Positions 11,131-24,904 of a stretch of 64,000 nucleotides of DNA are shown in pieces. How positions within the stretch are numbered: the stretch's first letter is position 1; each line of letters begins with the position of its first letter. The position numbers were made by a program, and so were the translations under genes. The notes below the pieces were generated by a model. It was not told the DNA's origin, did no database searches, and worked only from the letters and a program-made list of their open reading frames with translations. Origin of the DNA: Octopus sinensis (lineage: Eukaryota); assembly GCF_006345805.1 (NCBI RefSeq), contig NC_043010.1, positions 13,082,001 to 13,146,000 on the forward strand. Direction: 5' to 3'.

Positions 11131-11779
11131 AATATATATATATATTATCATTCTTTTTATACTTTTTGAAAAAAAAAATTATATTTATATATATATTATA
11201 TATTATATTAATTATCTTTATATTATTTGTTATTTATGTATTGGTTTATGTCTATCCCTGTTTGAGTTGCCTAATAGTGGTTTTATCTCTAATTCATATT
11301 TTATATATTTATACTGTAAAATTTGATTTAATACTAAATCTAATTTTTCCCTGTAAGTTTGGAGACATACTCCCTGATATTATTATAATTATATATATAT
11401 ATAATATAGCCTTATCTTCATAAATCTCTGAATTTGTAAGAGACACATCCATTACTGCATCATAAATTAAGCAAACGGCCAAACAAGGTTTAGGCAAGAG
11501 ATCTGATTAGAGATGGTGTGTTGAAACTAAAACAATTACAATATGAAAGACACATATCAATTACTGGAAAATCACTTAAATTAATGTAACACAATCTATA
11601 CAACAGAAGCATATAACCTTCTCTTATCTATAGCTGTAAAGTCTCATATGGACGGTTAAAAGACACAGGTAAGCTTCTCTGGGATTTCAAAACATAGCAA
11701 GTAGGGCACCTATAAGCTTGTTTGGGATTTTACAGCTGTCTGTGAGTAATACAGGTGAGCAGTACTGAGAGTTGATAGC

Positions 11780-12145
11780 TATGCTGGCAGAAACGTTAGC
11801 ACGCCGGGCGAAATGCTTAGCAGTATTTCGTCTGCTGCTACATTCTGAGTTCAAATTCCGCCGAAGTTGACTTTGCCTTTTATCCTTTCGGGGTCAATTA
11901 AATAAGTACCAGTTACGCACTGGGGTTGGTCCTCTCTGTGTTTAGCCCCTTGTGGGTAGTAAAGAAATAGGTATTTTGTCTGCCAATACGTTCTGAGTTC
12001 AAATTCCGCCGAGGTTCATTTTGCCTTTTATCCTTTTGGGGTCAATTAAATAAGTACCAGTTACGCACTGGGGTCGATATAATCGACTTGATCCATTTGT
12101 CTGTCCTCTCTGTGTTTAGCCCCTTGTGGGTAGTAAAGAAATAGA
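11780..12145 (+). mobile_element. Tandem dimer of SINE family B
   Basis: Both monomers share gccttttatcctt and gggtcaattaaataag variants. Confidence 0.85.
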
Positions 12146-12435
12146 AATAGATAAGAGATACAAATATGCATCTGTAGTATGGATAGTGTTAACTATTATT
12201 TGGTGTCAAAATTTTCATCACATGAACTGTGACCTGGTCACCGACGTGATTCCACTGCTTCTATTTCGTGAGGTAACTGCTTGATATATATATAGTTTCC
12301 AGAATTGTTTGTTTGTTGAGATTTTTCAATACAAGTCAAAGATTTTGAGCAAAGCTGACTCCAACATCAGGACCCACTTCATTCATGCATGATTGCACAC
12401 TGGCAAAATGCTGCTCCTCTAAATTGAAACTTTAC

Positions 12436-12482
12436 CTGTTATTGTGGTTTTGTGGCATGGAGCAAGCAGGCCTTGCTCTCCA
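12436..12482 (-). other. Candidate 47-nt exon
   Basis: tgtgttttcttcag acceptor and cag|gtaaag donor in non-repetitive DNA; two frames open; no homology recognised. Confidence 0.25.
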
Positions 12483-12562
12483 CTGAAGAAAACACATAGT
12501 AAATGATCCACAAGCACTTAGGCACACTGAGATGAGTGCTCACTGTCAGTTAACATAATAAT

Positions 12563-12925
12563 AATAATAATAATAATAATAAAACATTGTGTACAGTGCT
12601 CAGGTGCACTACAACTCATCTAAAGTGTATGTATAGTACATAGGGTAATGTACAAGCGTCAGGAAAAGAACAGTGCATGAGTCATGACATATACACATGT
12701 GTATGAGTATGGAAGGGGGACAATCAGGTGCAGTTTCGGCGGATTTTGGAAAGCATGAGGGCCTTAAAGGATGCAGTGCCATGGCAGTCAACAACTGACG
12801 CAGGCAGTTTGTTCCATGCTTCAGCAACTCTGAGCATGAAAAAATGTTTCTGAAAGTCATGGGAGCTGTGCTGTTTTCTGACTTTGTAGGCATGTCCACG
12901 TGTGTTGGACACATGGAGATCAAAA
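12563..12925 (-). mobile_element. CR1-type LINE 3' end
   Basis: ORF 12724-12948: RGHAYKVRK..KHFFMLRVAEAWNKLP. Confidence 0.88.
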
Positions 12926-13845
12926 AGGTGTTCAGTGAAAATTTTCATGAAAATTTTCTTAGCACCAGAACATCTCTTGGGAAATAGGTTTAGAACACAA
13001 ATGGTAATGGACTTCTAAGTATTCCATAAAAAATGGCTGCATCAAAACGTTTCTGACACAGATGATTCAACAGAAAATGGGACTGTTAGAAACATAGCAT
13101 AGGTTTTTAAATATTTAAAACCTTTTCATCTTCAAAGATGAAGTTAATAATCCAACATATGATATTCTCATTGATCTTTGAAATTCTAAATTTTTAATAC
13201 AGAAAAGAAAAGCATTAAAAGAGAGCTGTCAGTAATTGCTATTTTATAGTACTATAGGATTATTTTTATAATTTCACTCCATGTCAGACTTAATCAAGCA
13301 GACTTAGGATTAGAGACATTCCATCAATGACCATCCCTACTCAGGTTACATTATCGAATATGTCTTATTTATAAAGAAGATGGTAGGCTTTGGTTTGAGG
13401 TTTGCTATTTTTATAAGGGTGAGTGAACATGTAAAGGCTTCTTTGTTAACTTGTAGAATCCTGCTGTTGTTTATCCCTGCTTCAGCCCAGATTGAGCAGA
13501 CTTATAATCAAAGGCATTCCATTCATGACCATCAAAACATATGAATTCAAGATCGAATCATCCAAAATGCCCAGTTCTTAGATGGTTTTAGGAGATGAGA
13601 AGGAATGCAACTATTATTTCTATAAACGAGAGAAACTCTGTAGAGTTTTCTTTGTTATCTTGTAGAATCTTAAAATGATTTAGTACAAGGTTTTGATAAC
13701 AGAGATGAAATGAATCTAGGCAAGAGATGACTGTTAAATGTACCCTGGTATTTTCCATAGCATTGTTAAATATATGCAGTATAATTTTGTTGGTGACCAG
13801 GTCACAGTTTGCATGATGAAAATTTTGACATCACATAACAAATAC

Positions 13846-14232
13846 TCTTTTACTTGTTTCAGTCATTTGACTGTGGCCATGCTGGAGCACCACCTTTAGT
13901 CGAGCAAATTGGCCCCAGGACTTATTCTTTGTAAGCCTAGTACCTATTCCATCAGTCTCTTTTGCCGAACCGCTAAGTTATGGGGACGTAAACACACCAG
14001 CTTTGGTTGTCAAACAATGTTGGGGGGACAAACACAGACACACGAACATATACACACACACATGTACATATACATATATACAACGAGCTTCTTTCAATTT
14101 CCATCTACCAAATCCACTCACAAGGCTTTGGTTGGCCCGAGGCTACAGTAGAAGACATTTGCTCAAGGTGCCACACAGTGGGACTGAACCCGGAACCATG
14201 TGGTTCATAAGCAAACTACTTACCACACAACC
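13846..14232 (-). mobile_element. SINE family A
   Basis: Both halves present. Confidence 0.85.
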
Positions 14233-14394
14233 AATAATAAGTGTTTATGTAAAGTTAATGGTCTTCATATGTTTTTGAATGGCTAATGTGTGTCTTCCAT
14301 GTGACAAGTATAGTTAAATAAAAAAAAATACAATTAATTTGTAATCTAAGACCTAGTTTAATGAATTAGGATGTTTGTCATGAATAATAGTTAT

Positions 14395-14748
14395 GTGGCC
14401 GATGCCAGTGCTGCCCCGACTGGCTCCTGTGCCGTGGCACATAAAAAGACCATCCGAACGTTGCCAGCGCCGCCTTGGCTGGCTTCCGTGCCGCTGGCAT
14501 GTTAAAAGCTCCAGCCGATCGTGACCGATGCCGGACCCCCCCCCCCGTCACCTGTGCAGGTGGCACATAAAAAGCACCCACTACACTCGCGGAGTGGTTG
14601 GCATTAGGAAGGGCATCCAGCTGTAGAAACTCTGCCAGATCAGACTGGAGCCTGGAGCAGCCCCTGGCTTCCCAGACCCTGGTCGAACCGTCCAACCCGT
14701 GCTAGCGCGGAAAACGGACGTTAAACGATGATGATGATGATGATGATG
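14395..14748 (+). mobile_element. RTE 3' tail with gtgcc-ggcac sub-repeats
   Basis: Homologous to 3550-3903. Confidence 0.85.
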
Positions 14749-15785
14749 AGTGCTGCATGATGTTCCAACCATCAATGAATGTAGTTTGGTTTTGTATGTA
14801 AAATATCAGAAGCTCTTCAGTTTCCAGGTATTACTTTAATGGAGTTCATATAATTTCTGCTTTTCCTCATCATTCTTATCCTCGTTTAACATCCGCTCCC
14901 CATGCTGGCATTGGTCGGACAGTTTGACGTGGAACTGGCCAGATGGGAGCTATCCAAACTCCAATTGTCTGTAGTGACATCGCTTCTACAGCTGGATGCC
15001 CTTTCTGTTCCTTTTCGAGCCATGCCTGGCTCATAAGGGCCAGTTGTCCGGTTTCCTTGTCATATAGGTTCCCCACCTGGATGGAACGCCAGTCCGTCAC
15101 AGGTGAGCTGCAAGATGCAGGAGGAAAGAGTGAGAGAAAGTTGTGGTAAAAGAGTCAGCAGAAGTTCGCCATTACCTTCTGCCAGAGATGCATGGAGTTT
15201 AGGTGTTTCGCTCATAAACACACACATCGCGTTTTCTTAGATTTGAACCCACAATCCTTTGACCGTGAGTCTGCTGCTCTAACCACTAGGCCATGTGCCT
15301 CCACACACAAGTGAACATATATAAAACAAAATATGAATATTGAAAGAAACATCTATAGAACTAGTTTTTAAACATTGAATGGCTGTAGGGGTCCACCAGA
15401 GTAAAATAGCTTTCAAAGGGCTTCATAGGTAAAAGATAGTTGAGAACCACTGAAGTAGGCCTTTGACCACAAGACATTCAAGTTGTGATCTTGTCTTTTT
15501 GCAGGGACATAAGACCGTGTTATCTATATCCTTTCTTTATGTAAGAATGTAGTAGGTTATTTTATGTAAGATTTGGCTGTTATTTCTAACAGATCAAACA
15601 ACTGACCTGATAAACGCTTCTTTATTTGTTCAAAGTCTTTCATGGAATGAAGTTAAATTTTCCCTTAGCTCAGACAGAAGTCCATGCAAAGTAATATCTA
15701 AATAAACATGTTGCTAAATTCACAACTAGATAAACTGAATATATATATATATATATATATATGAATATATATATATACATACATA

Positions 15786-16172
15786 TCTTTATATATAAAA
15801 GTCAAGTTGTGTGTCTGTCTCCTACGATTTAGATCCCTAACTACTCCCACATTTTGCGGTGCAGTTTAACCAAAACTGGGTATCTTATAGTCGTGATTCA
15901 TATCGAGCCCTTCTGGGTATTTTCGCACGTCTACGATGAGTCTACGATTTAAAAAAAAATTTACCATCATTTTTTTACATTTTCATGCATTTTTTTCGCT
16001 ATTATATAAGGGAAGTAACTCTCTAAAAATGTCTACGATGAGTCAACGATTTAAAAAAAAATTTACCATCATATTTTTCCATTTTGAATGCATTTTTTTG
16101 CTATAACTCTCTAAAAATGCTTATATAGTCATTTCCCTTACAAACCCGAGCAACGCCAGGCGATACTGCTAG
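15786..16172 (+). mobile_element. Non-autonomous Helitron
   Basis: A|TC start, 3' GC-rich hairpin cccgagcaacgccagg then CTAG|T; internal direct repeat tctacgatgagtc..aaaaatttaccatca. Confidence 0.8.
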
Positions 16173-16212
16173 TATATATATATATATATATATAATATAT
16201 ATATATATGTAT

Positions 16213-16259
<47 letters not shown>

Positions 16260-16272
16260 GTATATGTATAGG

Positions 16273-16358
<86 letters not shown>

Positions 16359-16392
16359 TGTATATGTATATATGTATATATATATATGTATA

Positions 16393-16437
<45 letters not shown>

Positions 16438-16630
16438 AATTTTCCTGGTCAGGATAATTGCAAACCAGCATGAATATTTAATTTCTAGTTTGAAATCATT
16501 GCAAAATTATGTATTAATACTGAATAAGGTGCCAAAAGACCAATAATTTAAAACATCAAAGCAAGCCAGAACATAAATTCAGATTATACTATTAATAAAA
16601 TTCTAATTGTAAACTGTTTATGGATATCTT

Positions 16631-16790
16631 CTGCAGGCGTGGCTGTGTGACTAAGAAGCTCACATTTGCAACCGAGTGGTTTTGAGTTCAGCCCCGCTGT
16701 GCAGCAGTCTCTTCTACTATAGCCTTGGGCCGACCAAAGCTTTGTGAGTGGATTTGGTTGACAGAAACTGAAAGAAACCCGTCATATGTG

Positions 16791-16882
<92 letters not shown>

Positions 16883-17110
16883 GTGTGTGTATGTTTGTGT
16901 GCCTGTGTTTGTCCCCACAAAATCGCTTGACAATTGATGCTGGTGTGTTTATGTCCCCGTAACTTAGCAGTTCGGTAAAAGAGACCGATAGAATAAGTAC
17001 TAGGCTTACAAAGAATAAGTCCTGGGGTCGATTTGCTCGACTAAAGGTGGTGCTCCAGCATAGCCGCAATCAAATGACTGAAACAAGTAAAAGAGTAAAA
17101 AAGAGTAAAG
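16631..17110 (+). mobile_element. SINE family A
   Basis: gcaggcgtggctgtgtg head, (TA)n(GT)n centre, gaaacaagtaaaagag tail. Confidence 0.88.
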
Positions 17111-17721
17111 AGTATGTATGTATGTATGTATGTATGCATATCAAAAAGAGAGGTCAAACGTCCTTCCTGAGCCATAGTCTCACACAGCCAGTTTCCTGAA
17201 TTTTATGGCTGGTCTGTTATAGGATTACTCATTTTTGCCAGCTGAGTGTTTTGTTAAAGAACAAAGCACACCACCCGATCTAGGAACTGAAACCACAATC
17301 TTACAATCATGAATGCAACATCTTCACCACTAAGACACATATCTCTATACACATATAATATATACATATATTATATTTTACTCTCCCTCCCTCCCTCCCC
17401 CTCTCCCCTTCCACATAGTCACAGACACTGATCGTTTGCTAGTATCATACTCTATGAAGGTGCATAGTCTTAGTGGTCAGAAGTGTTGCACACATGATAT
17501 CAAGGACATGGTTTCAATTCCTGGACAAGGCCATGTGTTGTGTTCTTGAGTAAAAAAACTTCATTTCATATTGCTCCTGTTCACTCAGCTGAAAATGGGT
17601 GTCCCTGCAATGGACTGGTTTCCTGCTCAGGAGGAATGTTCTAGAACTCAAGACAGAACTTTACTTTACTGCCATACTCTGATCGGTACATTGCTTAGTG
17701 GTTAGGCTGTTGGACTATTCA

Positions 17722-18095
17722 TCGTCATCATCATCATCATCATCGTTTAACGTCCGCTTTCCATGCTAGCATGGGTTGGACGAATGACTGAGGGCTGGCA
17801 AACCAGGTGACTGCACCAGGCTCCAATCTTGATCTGGCAGAGTTTCTACAGCTGGATGCCCTTCCTAACGCCAACCACTCCGAGAGTGTAGTGGGTGCTT
17901 TTACATGCCACCGGCACAGGGCCAGTCAGGCAGTACTGGCAACGACCTCGCACGAATCTTTTTACACATGCCACCGGCACAGGTGCCAGTAAGGCGATGC
18001 TGGTAACAATCACGTTCGAATGGTGTCTTTTATGTACCACCGGTACGGAGGCCAGATAGCCGCTTGTGCAACGATCACGCTCGGATGGTGCTCGA
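17722..18095 (-). mobile_element. RTE 3' tail
   Basis: (cat)n cgtttaacgtcc plus sub-repeats. Confidence 0.85.
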
Positions 18096-18782
18096 TTATA
18101 ATATTGTGGTTTCAATTCTTGAATTTCGCAATGCATTGCGTTCTTGTGCAAAACACTTCCTTTCAGGTTGCTCAAGTACATTCATTAATCAAAATTGAAT
18201 AATTATGTGCCAGACCAGCGTACCATCCAGGAGAGGAGTATATGTACCATGGAAACTAGGAAACTGGGCTGATGAGTTTATATGACTTGGGAATGATATA
18301 TATACATATATATATATATATGTGTCTATATATATATCTATATATTATAATAATAATAATATAAATAATATATATATTAGCATATATACATATATGTACA
18401 TATGTATATATGCCTATATATATTATTTATATTATTATATGATTGAACGTAACATGTCCATTTCCAAGTAAGTTTTATCTATCTATCTATCTCTCTCTCT
18501 CTCACTTGATAATATATATATATATACTCTTTCTTTTCTCTTTTACTCTTTTACTTGTTTCAGTCATTTGAATGAGGCCATGCTGGAGCACTGCCTTTAG
18601 TCGACCAAATTGACCCCAGAACCTATTCTTTGTAAGCCTAGTACTTATTCTATCAGTATCTTTTGATGAACCGTTAAGTTACAGAGATGTAAACACACCA
18701 GCATCAGTTGTCAAGCGATGTTGTGGGGACAAACAGACACACATATATATATACATATACATATATATACAAATATATATAG

Positions 18783-18846
<64 letters not shown>

Positions 18847-18869
18847 TATATATACATATTATTTTACTT

Positions 18870-19075
18870 ATTTCCACCATTTCAGTGTGGTCATGCTAGA
18901 GTGCACCACCTTAAAGGGTTTTATAGTCGATGAAATCACCCCAGGACTTATTCTTTGTAAACCTAGTACTTATTCTATCAGACTCTTTTGCCGAACTGCT
19001 ATATTCCTGGGAGGTAACCACACCAACATCAGTTGTCAGGTGATTGTGGGGAGACAAATATAGACACAAAGACAC
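18870..19075 (-). mobile_element. SINE family A, 3' half (5' half at 23418-23580)
   Basis: The two halves are complementary in content and same orientation, separated by insertions in the central (TA)n. Confidence 0.6.
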
Positions 19076-19086
19076 ACACAAATAAT

Positions 19087-19118
<32 letters not shown>

Positions 19119-19148
19119 ATATATATATATATATGTATGTATATATAT

Positions 19149-22100
19149 CAGTGGCGTGCGGTGACTTCCAGCGTTGGGTATCTTTTTTTCTTCACAAATG
19201 TAAATAAACCCAATCTGTTTCTTAAAGGAGGGACATATTCATTATGCACAGAATGTTATTTACGTCAATGGAGGTAATTGATTGGCTAAAAGTGCCGAAA
19301 TGCAAGAAATTTTAGACGAAATATGTTACAACCTATAGAATTTTCTCAATAAAGCCAAGAGAAAATTAGGTTTTATAAACACATTCTACCAGTATACGAA
19401 GTTTAAAACTTTTTAGTTACCTAGAAATTATGTTTCAAAGTGCCGTTCAAAAGGAAAAGATCCCTGAATATGCAATCACCCCGTATGACCTAGAATAAAC
19501 AGGGAATAAAAAATGGCTGTGTGGAGATGAGCCTGAAATAAGTGTATTGTTTGTATTATTCTTTGCTCTTCGAAACGTCAGTACTTTCCCATCCTCATTC
19601 TCCCTTAGAAAAGTCTAAAAATCATGAGTGAAATGTAATAAAGATGAAATTGGATTCTGTCGATATTTTTGCATATTCAGAATCTCTGTTAAAGGTAGGA
19701 ATCCGAAAAAAATTTTTCACAAAAATTCGTTTTTCAAAGAGGTGCGATTCTGCATTAGCCCCTATACCTATTGGTTGAGCCGAATCAATTTGAAATGATT
19801 TAATTAAAAGAACACATGGCCATGGTTTTAGATCGTTATGCTCTCGAAGACAAGTCAGATGCTTTATCATGCTACTTGTCAATTCCGGGAAAATTATTGA
19901 CTGTTCTGAGACTTACTGAACTCGGTACATTAAAAGACTACGTCTCACGCACACACATTGAAAATACACGCATATACATGAATACACACACAATGAAAGA
20001 CAGCGAAAACTCAACATTGTAAAAAGCCTCCCAAAACTGTTGTGGCAGAAGTCAACATCTCTGAGATTGAAACAAGACACTTATTTACGGCCGTAAATAG
20101 ACTCCACCCAGCAGCACAGAAAGGGAAATCTATGTAGGTTAGGTTTGACGAAGAAATCGAAACATTTCTCCTGCGAAACAATACTGATGTAAGAAGGTCG
20201 AACCTTACATGATAACAAATACTAAGCAAAACCTGTAATATATGCTCTTTAATAGATTAATTTTTTTAATGTTTTAAAATGTTATTTACCTCATTTATAA
20301 ATTAATTCAATTCTTCGATCTTTCTGGGCACATATATCTATCACATTTTCATAGAAATCTTCTCTTTTCATCAATTCTTGTAATAAATCTTTTTCAATTG
20401 ACATTAGTGCTAACCCAGACAGTCTTCTTTCTCCTGTCGCATTTCTTTGGTATGTTTTAATTCTACTTAATGCAGAAAAGGATCGCTCTACAGAAGCCGT
20501 GGTAGACGGAATTGTCAAAATCAACTTGCACAGATTGAAGAGTTCTGGCATAGCTTCAACAAGATCACTGCTGTAACTCATTAAATGACTTACACTTGGT
20601 TTTTTAAAATCTTTCTTTGAATACATCACATTGAGCTCACTTTGTAATCGTATTACATCAAAAAATCTGCCATAAGTTGTTCTTAAAGAATCTAAAGAGT
20701 CCACAGGAAATTGTTTGCAATACTCATCAACTTTGTTGAAATTCAAAAGTTCCATGAATTTAAACTCTTCTAAGGATGAATATCGTGCTTTTATTTGGTC
20801 AACTATTGTACTGATAATTTTGTTATAAAGCATTCTATAATGTCGTTGGGGATCAATAGATATATTCTTGGATCTCTGAATTCCGATTCCTGCATCGACT
20901 CCATATTTTTCCCCTAACCTATCATAAAAGATTGAAAAATTATCAAGTTTGTTTTCGAGTACAGTTCTAGTTTTATCTATTTGCTCTTTACAATACACTA
21001 TGTCATGATTTTTACTCTGGAGTATGTTAAATAAGAAGTCAGAAAAAGAAAAAATGTCACTGAATACTTCTAACAAAAATAAGAAATCAGGAGCCTTTAA
21101 AGTGTGTAAGAATCCAATTGCTGAATTTATGGTGGTATCATCCCATGCTTCAGGATTTCCAATGATGTGTTCAAAAAGGCTGATTATGAAATTATACTTT
21201 TCCATTGTGGTAATAATAAGACGTGATGAGTAATTCCATCTAGTTGCTGTTGCTTTCGGAAATCTTTTTTTAACAATGTTATCTAATGCATTTCGGTGAT
21301 TTCGTAAAAAATTTACCGAGTCCGTTTATTGTAGAAAAAAATATCTTGCATTCTTTCATAGCACAGCATGATTGTGAAAGAACTAAATTTAGGATATGGG
21401 CACAACAATGAATAAAGATCGCACATTCATATTTCTTTCTTACTTTTACCTGTAACCCATTTAGTTGTCCGACCATTGTAGCGGCACCATCATATGTCTG
21501 TGCAATCAATTTGTTTCCACATTCCCACGTCTCAATGCATTTAAAAACAAGTTCAGATAAAGCATTTGCAGATCGATCCGCACTAACATCACTAAAACCG
21601 ATAAATCGTTCTTTCGTCACACAGTCTTCTGTAAGATAACGTAAAACTGTTGACAGTTGTGAAGATGCTGAGGCAGCAGATGCCTCATCAACAAGAATAG
21701 AAACAAACTTAGCTTGCTCAATTTCCTTCTGCATCTCATTCAACATAACTTTATGAATTGCTTCGATCAAGTAATTTCGAATTCTGTTCGACAGACCGGT
21801 GAAGATAGAAGCTGTATCTAGATGACTTTCCATTTTTTGTCATATTTACTGATCAAATATACGAGTTCTTTATAATTTCCACGATTATTAGAGCTTTCAG
21901 ATTCAAAATGACCCCGAAATGATAATTCCTGGAGGCCTAAAAAAATAACAACATCGATCAATCGTTGCACAATGGATCTGTTTCGTCTAACTTTCTCATT
22001 ATGATGTTGTATGCTTTGATTTTTACGTGCATCTAATTGTAAGTCTATGCGAACATTCCCGAATATTTTAAGATCTATCAAACATTTTATATGCCTTTGA

Positions 22101-22750
22101 GAACGCTCGTGCTTTAGCATAGCCATATGTAAATTATTTAAATCATCATAGCCTTTATCATTCCAAACATTTTTTTCTAAGCCAAAAAGTAAACACGGCC
22201 AACAGAATAATTTATTAAGAGCAACACTTCCAGTTAACCATTTTTTCTTTTCATACGAATTAACCTGAAATTGTCTCGTGAATTTCTTGTTGTAGCTTCG
22301 CAAATTAGGTAAATTCGGTGTTGGTCTCCCACCATTTATAATTAATTATTTTCCATCGAAGTCTCTTTTCGAAAAACTATTTCTCAAAATATCGTTTATA
22401 ACACACATTTCACTCATTTTGAAAAAGGCTGCTCTTATATAAGAACCCACGTGGAAGCGCCGGCGTAAATTGTAAGTCAATTTCAACAAAACGGAAGAAT
22501 TCCCTTAGTTAAATTAATTTAAGATTAATTAGCTATTTCTGAAATAAGAAATATAATATAAATTATATTTTTGTTTTCAAAACACTCCAAAAATATAATA
22601 GTGCAAACGGATGTTTTGGATAAAAAAATTCAAACTTATTGCCAAGCTATTCCAACATTTCAGCTGGCTAACTCAAGAATTATGGGACTGTTCTTGATCC
22701 GGTCAGAAATTTTACGGGTCAAAAGTGGAACCAGGTTAGCAACAATTCTA
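19149..22750 (-). mobile_element. hAT DNA transposon, decayed; one TIR-like end cagtggcgtgcggtgac at 19149; other end unresolved
   Basis: CAGTGGCG terminus next to (TA)n; carries a transposase pseudogene and a truncated GGG-TIR MITE at ~19177-19470. Confidence 0.7.
20291..22417 (-). pseudogene. hAT transposase (ZMYM1/DUF4371-like with C-terminal dimerisation domain), disrupted
   Basis: Motifs FCWPCLLF, SFRGH, ILVDE, YDGAATM, IHCCAHILNL, TRWNY, SVERSFSAL; premature stop near the start and frameshifts at ~21825 and ~21290. Confidence 0.93.
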
Positions 22751-22999
22751 CACTAACAAAGAGAGAGAGAGGGGGTGTCATGCGGTCTTCTCAAAGCATG
22801 ACACGCCACAATGAATTCATCGAGTCACTAAGAGAGAGAGAGAGGAAGGAAGGACAAACTAATACAGAGAAGGAGTGTGTGTCATGCGATCTTCTCAAAG
22901 CATTTCTCAAAGCATGAGAAAGGGGAAGGGGAGACAAAATATTTCGAAAACAACTGGATGGATTTTCTTTGAAACAAAGAAGGCATGCAGCCTTATATA

Positions 23000-23412
23000 T
23001 ACAAAATTGAGGTCGATCAACATCAGTGGAAATTGCAGCTGTGGTTAAGCGAACCATCCGATTGTGGTCGTTGCCGGCGCTGCCCCGTCTGGCCTCCGTG
23101 CCGGTGGCACGTAAAAGCACCATCCGTTCGTGTCCACTGCCAGCCTCGCCTGGCCCCCGTGCCGGTGGCACGTAAAAGCACCATCCGTTCGTGGCCGTTT
23201 GCCAGCTCTGTCTGGCACCTGTGCGGGTGGCACCTAAAAAGCACCCACTACACTCACGGAGTGGTTGGCGTTAGGAAGGGCATCCAGCCGTAGAAACACT
23301 GCCAGATCTGACTGGGCCTGATGAAGCCTTCTGGCTTCACAGACCCCAGTTGAACCGCCCAACCCATGCTAGCATGGAAAGCGGACGCTAAATGATGATG
23401 ATGATGATGATG
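23000..23412 (+). mobile_element. RTE 3' tail with three sub-repeats
   Basis: Near-identical to 3550-3903. Confidence 0.88.
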
Positions 23413-23777
23413 ATATACATGACAGACTTCTTTCAATTTCTGTCTACCAAATCTACTCATAAAGATTTGGCTGGCCTGAGGCTATTAGTAGGAGGTGCTT
23501 GCCCAAGATTCCACACAGTGGGGCTGAACCCAGAACCATGTGGTTGAGAAGCAAACTTGTTACTTTGCAGCTATGCCTATATGTGTGTGAGCGTGTATGT
23601 GTGTGTGTGTATTTGATAGGCAAAGTACACAAAAATTTTCTCTCTCTCTTTCTCTCTCTTCAGTTCTCTCTCCCTCCAATGAAACATTCATATAAATTGT
23701 GAGAAATTTTTCTCTCAGTAATACATAATCATAAAATATATCTTTATACTTTTTTACCTATAAAATACAATGTTTTA

Positions 23778-24178
23778 TTAACCCTTTAAATGCAATAAGC
23801 AGTTACATCCACTCAGAATTTTATTACCATTAAATGCCAAAATTGGTTTTATCCCTTGGCTTTGAAAAAAAAAAACCCTCCTCCTTATGCTCTGAGAAGT
23901 AGAGACACCTCAAGTGACACTTTTTACAGAAAACCATTTTTTGCAGATTTTCTACTTCTTTCACATATTTCATCAAATATCTCTTTACTGAGTAAAAAAT
24001 CAAACACTCTTAATAGTAGGTATAGAAACCATGCCTACAAGAGATATTGCAAAAGTCTCACTGAAGCAGAAAATATCAATTCTATTATTTTTTATTTTCA
24101 TTTATTTTATTGTTTTGTGAATAATTAACATCATTACAGGAATGGCCTTGAAAATTTATTATTCTGTGAAAGGGTTAA
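23778..24178. mobile_element. piggyBac-like MITE
   Basis: TTAA-CCCTTT ... AAAGGG-TTAA. Confidence 0.6.
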
Positions 24179-24521
24179 ATGATTATCTAATTTACTTTCA
24201 TTTTATTTTATTCTTCATAATCTTTTTGTTTAAACAGTCAGAAGGGGATACTATTTTATTATAAGGTTCATCCCTGAGTGCTTCAGTACCTGTAATTACT
24301 GCTATTTAGACATGTGAAGGTATTTAAGCTAGAACTATGGCAGAGGTTGACATATATATATATAACACCATGTGTCGGAACAGCTCGTTAGCATACAGAA
24401 TAATTTGATTGGATAACTTAACAAATATTTCTTTCAGTTTGAACCTTACCAAAACTGATCACCAAACATCAAAGAAATAATGTTGCTGTTGTTATTATTG
24501 GCGTCATGAATAATGGTTTGT

Positions 24522-24900
24522 GGAGGCGCAATGGCCCAGTGGTACGGGCAGGGGACTCGCGGCCTTAGGATCGTGGTTTCGATTCCCAGACCGGGTGTTG
24601 TGAGTGTTTATTGAGCGAAAACACCTAAAGCTCCACGAGGTTCCAGCAGGGGTTGGTGGTGAACCCTGCTGTACTCTTTCACCACAATTTTCTCTCACTC
24701 TTTCTTCCTGTTTGTGTTGTACCTGTATTTCAAAGGGGTCAGCCTTGTCACTCTCTGTGTCACGCTGAATATCCCCGAGAACTACGTTAAGTGTACACGT
24801 GTCTGTGGAGTGCTCAGCCACTTACACGTTAATTTCACGAGCAGGCTGTTCTACTGATCAGATCAACTGGAACACTCATCGTCACAACCGACAGAGTGCC
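24522..24900 (+). mobile_element. tRNA-derived SINE family C
   Basis: A-box/B-box-like head ggcgcaatggcccagtgg..ggtttcgattccc; matches 49629-49990. Confidence 0.9.
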
Positions 24901-24904
24901 ATTA

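Noticed and set aside
22746-22990. Second hAT terminus (cacgccac at 22802) and gtgtcatgc/gcatgacac hairpin
   Set aside because: Only 8 bases match the 19149 TIR and there is no matching 8-bp TSD, so the terminus is left unresolved.
24522-24595. tRNA gene
   Set aside because: The tRNA-like head continues into a multi-copy SINE body with TSDs, and no complete cloverleaf is seen.
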